The notes below the pieces were generated by a model. The model worked only from the letters and a program-made list of their open reading frames with translations, made no database searches and had not been told where the DNA came from. Shown here piece after piece: positions 58,311-64,000 of a stretch of DNA of 64,000 nucleotides. How positions within the stretch are numbered: the stretch's first letter is position 1; every line of letters begins with the position of its first letter. The DNA is from an uncultured Nitrososphaerales archaeon (GTDB lineage Archaea; Thermoproteota; Nitrososphaeria; Nitrososphaerales; Nitrososphaeraceae), in the NCBI GenBank assembly GCA_963713605.1, contig CAVQMO010000012.1, positions 1 through 64,000 on the forward strand, in the 5' to 3' direction. Both the position numbers and the translations under genes were made by a program.

Positions 58311-59071
58311 ATTCTATTTATTATCTCTTTTTCAATGGCCCCATCCCGGATGAAAATGGTCCTATCTGTCCTAGATGAAAGGTCAGAGTTGTGTGTTACA
58401 AATACGATAGTTCTTTTGAACTTATTAGCAAGCATTCTTAATAGATCAAAAACCTCTTCTCCTGTCTTCGTATCTAAATTTCCAGTTGGTTCATCTGCAA
58501 GAATTATGGCAGGATTATTCATAAGAGATCTAGCAATGGCTACCCGTTGTTGCTGTCCTCCACTTAAATTTACTGGCTTAAGCCTTGCTTTATTTTCGAT
58601 ACCTAATATTCTTAGCAGTTTTAGTGACCGTCTATGTCGCACTTCACTATTCATTCCTGAGATAACAGCTGGAATCTCAACATTCTTCTGAACCGATGTT
58701 CTGTTAATTAAATTAAAGGATTGAAATATGAAACCTATTAGAGAATTTCGCATTTGAGCAATCTGACTATCTTTTAGGGAAAAAATATCTACATTATCGA
58801 TGAAAACTCTTCCACTGGATGGTCGATCCAATGCACCGATAATGTTTAGTAACGTTGACTTACCACTTCCAGAAGGGCCTACAATTGAGATAAATTCACC
58901 TTTTCTAACTGAAAAACTAATTTCCTTAAGAGCAATCAATTCTCCTGCTGGAGACTTAAAGACCTTTGAAACATTTTCCATTTTTAATGCGACAGGCAAT
59001 AAAAGATCATCGACTTCATTATTAGCGTTAGGTTCCGCCTTTTGATTATATCTTATAACATTGTCACGCAT
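58307..59071 (-). CDS. ABC ATPase, LolD/MacB-like
   Basis: GPSGSGKST, IGFIFQSFNL, LSGGQQQRVAIAR, ADEPTGNLD, VTH. Stop overlaps the next gene's start. Confidence 0.95.
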   Translation of the reverse strand: MRDNVIRYNQKAEPNANNEVDDLLLPVALKMENVSKVFKSPAGELIALKEISFSVRKGEFISIVGPSGSGKSTLLNIIGALDRPSSGRVFIDNVDIFSLKDSQIAQMRNSLIGFIFQSFNLINRTSVQKNVEIPAVISGMNSEVRHRRSLKLLRILGIENKARLKPVNLSGGQQQRVAIARSLMNNPAIILADEPTGNLDTKTGEEVFDLLRMLANKFKRTIVFVTHNSDLSSRTDRTIFIRDGAIEKEIINRI

Positions 59072-59679
59072 AGCTGATAGCCCTATTTATTGTTAATCTT
59101 GTTTTTTGATTATCTCCAACGTCTATTTCTCCCTCTTTATCCAATTTTAAGGATGATTTATAAGCAGTCCTACAGGCATTTATAGTTGACTTCAACCTAC
59201 TCGAATGGTTGACATTGTAGCTCGAAGGGAAATTTAATGATTAACAAGATTCAAAATAAGTTGACCTGTCTTATGGAAGTAACAGCTATGTTTAGAGAAC
59301 TATGTTCAATAAACTGGCTATATATTTTTGTTCTATGAGAGTAAAAGGTAGGAGTCAGTTTTATTATATTGCCAATAGGACCGATAATACAGTACTGCTA
59401 ATCTTATGAGCATTTTTTATTTCTGTTATCCGTTACCTGACTTTTTTCCGCTGATGTGTCCAAGAAAGTGATGCCTGTTATAGGTGTCTAAAATATGTAT
59501 GGCGTAGAACATGTGCTTACGCACATCTCATTTCTTGTGAATATTGGTATCCCGTCGACGTCTTAAACAACATGAAAAAATTCAAGATGGACTATGATTG
59601 CTAGAATATTCTTGTTATTGATTTGATAATTCTCCAATTAATTCACAGTGAATAGAAAATATAAAAAAATGAGGCGAAA

Positions 59680-60354
59680 CTAGCTATTTACCATCTTCTC
59701 GAATTTTGCATCTTTAGCTGTAACAAGTCCTCTATCCACTAATGGTTTTTCTCCTAACGCCTTCTCTATAGCTCGATCGCTTAATTGGACGGCTTGAGCA
59801 ATGGTTATATCTTCGGTATATTCTTTCTGAATTATGTCGATAGCTGTGTCCGAATACTGTCCTATTGCGAAACCAGATCCACTGAAGTATGTACCGCTAG
59901 GATCAACTTGATACAATTGAACCCCTGTCGGATCAAGTCCAGCAATAATTATCGATGCTGCCTGAGGTCTTACTGCATAAATTGTAAAGTCGTGCAAGTA
60001 GGAGCTGAGCTGTCTTGCGAGCGACTTTATATCTATGGGACTATCATAAGTGAATCTGTATTTCTGTGCTGCAATTCTCATCTCATCAATTAGCTGAAGT
60101 ATGTCTCCTATGTATCCAGAACCAGTAGCACCCACATGTCCATCTATTGCAAATATCTTCTCTGATGGTTCTACCAAAGGCTTTGTAGGCTTAATGTGAC
60201 TAGAGATCAGGGCAAAAGTTGACGTTTTGATTCCTATTGTGGTTGAACCCCTACCAACTGCCTCAAGAGCACTATCTACTAATAACAGTCTTCCTTCAGG
60301 TCCATAGTAGTAAGGATATCTCGTGTTAATTCCTGAGCTACCTAAATCGGCCAT
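59680..60354 (-). CDS. psmA: 20S proteasome alpha subunit, divergent
   Basis: GPEGRL...ALEAVGRGSTTIGI, EKIFAIDGHVG, RPQAASIIIAG, LYQVDPSG, AIG. Confidence 0.9.
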   Translation of the reverse strand: MADLGSSGINTRYPYYYGPEGRLLLVDSALEAVGRGSTTIGIKTSTFALISSHIKPTKPLVEPSEKIFAIDGHVGATGSGYIGDILQLIDEMRIAAQKYRFTYDSPIDIKSLARQLSSYLHDFTIYAVRPQAASIIIAGLDPTGVQLYQVDPSGTYFSGSGFAIGQYSDTAIDIIQKEYTEDITIAQAVQLSDRAIEKALGEKPLVDRGLVTAKDAKFEKMVNS

Positions 60355-60359
60355 TTCTA

Positions 60360-60946
60360 TTATCTCTCCCTCTCCTTCACTACTAAGGAAAGGTTTGGGA
60401 TCGTCAATACATCTATACCGTTTCCAGAACCAGGATCTCTTTCCATTGCTGCAGCTACGGCTTTAGTAGCTATCTCCTTTGCTTGTTCATTGGTCAAGTC
60501 TTTGTGAAATATGCTTTCAAGGACTCCATATGCAATGGGAGAGCCCGAACCAGAGGAAGCAAATTCCTCACCGGTAATGGCTCCACTCATATCTGCAACA
60601 AATATGTGTCCACCTTCTTGATCTACTCCACCTACCAGTAATTCCACGAAGTATGGTTGATAGTTCTTGAGCCCGGTGTATGCCTGATTAGCGATTAGCC
60701 TCGCTGATTCTTTTACCGTGACTGGAAATCCTCTTCGTAACTCGATTAGATTTCTTTCAGCCTTTACAAGCTTAACCATGTAATCTGCATCGGATAGCTC
60801 GCCCAGCAATTGCTACTGCTAAGGTTTCATCTATTTTTGTTATCTTTTGCGTAATCTTAGAACCTATAAAGAATCCCTTACTGGCTCTTCTGTCAGAGCC
60901 CAGTACCGACTCCTTCTTTTGTTCTTATACCAACTATTGTGGTCAT
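60360..60946 (-). CDS. psmB: 20S proteasome beta subunit without propeptide (two single-G frameshifts at ~60907 and ~60803)
   Basis: Corrected reading MTTIVGIRTKEGVVLGSDRRASKGFFIGSKITQKITKID...AGELSDAD...LLVGGVD...SSGSGSPIAYGVLE...AMERDPGSGNG; GGTGAAAGGAG RBS-like sequence before the ATG. Confidence 0.9.
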
Positions 60947-61112
60947 TTTCTTTCTCCTTTCACCAGATATATCTACGCAAGAGAAGTATTAATTGACCAG
61001 CATCTATGGAAATGAGTCACAGTCATTGTACCAGATCATATAAGAGTGAAAGCAACTAAGTTACCCTTGGTGCATCTTTAATACTTGGAAATCCATATCA
61101 TGGCGATCCGAA

Positions 61113-61580
61113 ATGCAAATGAAATTTGATAAGATCATGGTAGCAATCGATGGTTCAAAGGAATCAATGCATGCTGCGAATTGTGCCATAGGAATTGCAA
61201 AGAAGTATGATGCAACGTTGGTTGTCCTCACTGTATTACCACAGGAATTAAGATATGAGTATGAAATTGATCAAGTAGATCCGGAAATTCCTATGGCCCC
61301 TGTGAAGGGTGTGGTTGAATTATCTCGCATGGAGATTGAAAATAAGTGGTTTACAGACATCAGAGAAAATGCTTTGGCTAGTAATGTCAGGATCGAGACT
61401 GAAATCGCAATGGAAGGGAAATCTGTTGTATCAGATATTATAGAGTATTCTGAAAAGCAGGGTATTGATTTGATAGTAATCGGTACAAAAGGAAAAACGG
61501 GATTAAGAAGGTTATTACTCGGTAGTGTAGGTCAAGGAGTATTGGCTTATGCTCACTGCCCTGTACTACTTGTAAGATAG
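61113..61580 (+). CDS. Universal stress protein (UspA family)
   Basis: KIMVAIDGS, DLIVIGTKGKTG...LLGSV...AHCPVLLVR. Confidence 0.95.
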   Translation: MQMKFDKIMVAIDGSKESMHAANCAIGIAKKYDATLVVLTVLPQELRYEYEIDQVDPEIPMAPVKGVVELSRMEIENKWFTDIRENALASNVRIETEIAMEGKSVVSDIIEYSEKQGIDLIVIGTKGKTGLRRLLLGSVGQGVLAYAHCPVLLVR

Positions 61581-61807
61581 AGAGGGAACTCATACTTAAT
61601 TATTTGAGCTTCCTCTGGTAGATGGGGAGCTCAAATTGGTCAACAAGAACACACGTTGGATTAGTGCGATACAGCTACATGTTGTCTATTACCCGGAATG
61701 ATTATAGAGCCATGCAATTGGAATCATCATAATGGTACCCTGTCCGTTCACTTATTGTCATAAATAGCTAAATAAATGAAACCCCTGACCCACGCTTGAT
61801 TTAGTGC

Positions 61808-62317
61808 CTATCTTATTTTAATTGTCGCGATCATTTCCATGAATTGTGGAAGATAAGCTGAAAATTTATCAGGCAAATTTGTATATGTTATTACGTAAGT
61901 TCTTTGAGGCCTTTCTATCCACAGTTGCAATTTGTGAAATTCTTGATGTGCTGTACTGACCATGTACTCCAACACATGTGCAGTTACATTCAACTCGCTA
62001 AGTTTCATGGTTGTGGAGTTTACCTGGATATCCTCTAATTCATCTATAACCTCGTTTACTGCTTGTTCAACTGATTGATTTCCTGACTGAAATATAAATA
62101 CATTTACTGACGGGGTACAAGGTTCAACCCCTGTAGACGGACCGAGAAACTCTATAATGGAACTATTCTCAGCAGCCGGAAACTCCCTCTTTTCCCAAGA
62201 AGACGGGTAGTTGATTTCGAAACTACCTCCTGGATTTGTATATAAGGACATCGTCTCATTGGATTCCTGTGCAAAAACCAAGTTAGAATTCACTGCAGCT
62301 AAATGAGTCGCAAACAA
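61808..62317 (-). CDS. PsbP-like exported protein
   Basis: LYTNPGGSFEINYPSSW...TYVITYT...YLPQFMEMIATIKI; the signal region upstream is probably frameshifted. Confidence 0.75.
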   Translation of the reverse strand: MFATHLAAVNSNLVFAQESNETMSLYTNPGGSFEINYPSSWEKREFPAAENSSIIEFLGPSTGVEPCTPSVNVFIFQSGNQSVEQAVNEVIDELEDIQVNSTTMKLSELNVTAHVLEYMVSTAHQEFHKLQLWIERPQRTYVITYTNLPDKFSAYLPQFMEMIATIKIR

Positions 62318-62689
62318 TAGAATGCCTAGTACAGGTACTTAGCGTTACCACACCAGAGATACATAAATAAATCAGAGGAAAGGCTTTGTCCTTCATATTG
62401 ATAATTTTCTATAAGTTAACGTTTATTTTTGTATTACAGATATTACTCGCAAGACTTTTAATACTTAATTTTGTGTTATTAATTGTAATTAAATTGAGTA
62501 TAAGTAAATTCTTCTGAGATTATACATCTAACTATTGCTGTCCACTTTGTCCCCTATTTTTTCTTCAAATACAAAACCTAAGTTTTGAATGCATAGCTGT
62601 AACTAACCATTCATTCATCAGAGCTTTAAAGGCTAGAGTTCCAGAAGACAAGAATCATGAACAACTAACGACACATCTTATGGTGGTAA

Positions 62690-62985
62690 CTTTGGCCTAA
62701 ATCTATATGATCTGACCCTATCCCGGCCGTCAAGATCAGCTTTAGGTTGGGTGCTTGTGAAATTCATTCCTTTGTCATATAGGCCGCCAAAAAGGAGTCA
62801 TTATCATAATATCAGTTGAAGGAGATGTTTGTCTAATTCTGCCTCTCTATTGGTTAATACGGCAAATTCGTGTCCTTTTCCTGCAAGAAATTCCCTAATC
62901 CGAGAGCATTTTCTGCAGAACCTAATAGTGCTGGGGTTCGGTTAGCTATCTCTCCTCCCGAATAAAGAACGGCTACAATTTTCAT
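62690..62985 (-). pseudogene. fdh: N-terminal remnant of NAD-dependent formate dehydrogenase
   Basis: Manual translation MKIVAVLYSGGEIANRTPALLGSAENALGLGNFLQEKGHEFAVLT...TPFW..YMTKE*ISQAPNLKLILTAGIGSDHIDL; similarity stops there. Not in the ORF track. Confidence 0.8.
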
Positions 62986-63088
62986 AGACTCGTATTAAAA
63001 GTGCTTCTTTTAAGGTTATTGAAGGCAATAAGCCAGTTAACTTGGTTAACTAAAGAATATATTTCCCTCCTCGTTACAAGCATTTCCA

Positions 63089-63607
63089 TTGAATACAGAA
63101 GATCTTTTAAAAGGTATTCTCAAGCTTGACACGAACATCAGATTCATAGGATTGTTGGAAAAGTCAGGTCATCTCTATTCTGGTGGCCCCATAGAAGGCA
63201 TTGTGCAACACCTGATAGGTAGGAATTCTGAAGTCAGCCTTTCGCAGACGGCCCACATAGTTCAGATGAGGAAAAATTTTTCCACAGACTTGGGAGATCT
63301 CAAGTATATGGTCTATGCCCATGATAAAGTACTAGTATTTAGTATACCCATTCTAGAAGATCTTATATTGGTATTTTCTACTGAGAAAGAAGTAAATGTA
63401 AATAGCATCGTGACCACGATTACAGCTTATGTCAAGAGCGTTGAACCAGAACTAAAACTTGAGAAACCACGAAAAATGGTAGATGAGGAAAAGAGAAGGA
63501 TGGTTAGAAACCTTTATGATTCTGGTATTACTGAAGACCTGATTGCTGAACAAATGGATCTAGACATTAATACAGTTAAAATTCTAATTCAAGAGCCTAT
63601 CGCATAG
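63089..63607 (+). CDS. Roadblock/profilin-like (DUF6659-type) domain protein with C-terminal HTH
   Basis: ILKLDTNIRFIGL...LGDLKYMVYAHDKV...LVFSTE; tail LYDSGITEDLIAEQMDLDINTVK. Confidence 0.65.
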   Translation: MNTEDLLKGILKLDTNIRFIGLLEKSGHLYSGGPIEGIVQHLIGRNSEVSLSQTAHIVQMRKNFSTDLGDLKYMVYAHDKVLVFSIPILEDLILVFSTEKEVNVNSIVTTITAYVKSVEPELKLEKPRKMVDEEKRRMVRNLYDSGITEDLIAEQMDLDINTVKILIQEPIA

Positions 63608-64000
63608 AATTATCTTGTAGTACATACCATACCTGACAGCTACATGTCGTCCTGATTCAGGTTTTTCGCTAAATAATATTGACATAATATCTTTACAGCC
63701 CTGATAAATCTTCAAAAATTAGGCTAACTGATAGTATTAGTAAATTTGTTGTTAGGGTAGACTGATGTGTATGAAAGGATTAAAAAACAAGATAAATTGC
63801 TAAAATTTATTCATGATATACTAAGAGTCTCAATTTAGCTAATCTTGTAAACATTTAAATCTAAATTCTATTACCTTCTTCCTGATGAAAATAATAGGTA
63901 CGCAAAAATTCTCTAGTCATATGTACATAGCCTACCTTACAATTACATCGATAGCTTTTGGCTCACTGTTTGCAACACCACAATTATTGTTCGCGCAAGG

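Noticed and set aside
23465..63674. TTCGCTAAAT at 23465, 32121 and 63665 as a regulatory motif
   Set aside because: AT-rich 10-mer found post hoc with no consistent position relative to starts; compatible with chance.

Overview
Almost all of the window (about 615-64000) is AT-rich archaeal DNA. Its gene content (TFB, proteasome alpha/beta, MEDS protein, soluble histidine kinases, PsbP-like and COG1361 S-layer-type proteins) points to a soil ammonia-oxidising archaeon of the Nitrososphaeraceae type (inference). The first ~614 bp are very GC-rich, look actinobacterial and are probably a chimeric join. Single-base frameshifts are common, so many broken genes may be consensus errors rather than true pseudogenes. 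The 0.6-20.3 kb region is an accessory island of exported/surface proteins: three paralogues with a constant N-terminus and variable tip, mosaic collagen-like genes, orphan C-terminal fragments, a repeated Tyr/Gly/Cys domain, a recurring intergenic motif (GCAGTTCTGGCACTA) and a decayed family-B DNA polymerase. The 21-64 kb region holds signalling genes, proteases, TFB, a Rieske protein, a patatin, a complete CUT1 sugar ABC transporter, a SagB-type nitroreductase, an S-layer-type/ABC-ATPase pair and an NAD-dependent formate dehydrogenase remnant. The best candidate for an undescribed system is a tightly coupled, divergent psmB-psmA proteasome pair: the beta subunit has no propeptide but keeps all catalytic residues, and the alpha subunit has lost the canonical gate motif. 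I saw no rRNA, tRNA, CRISPR array, integrase or transposase.
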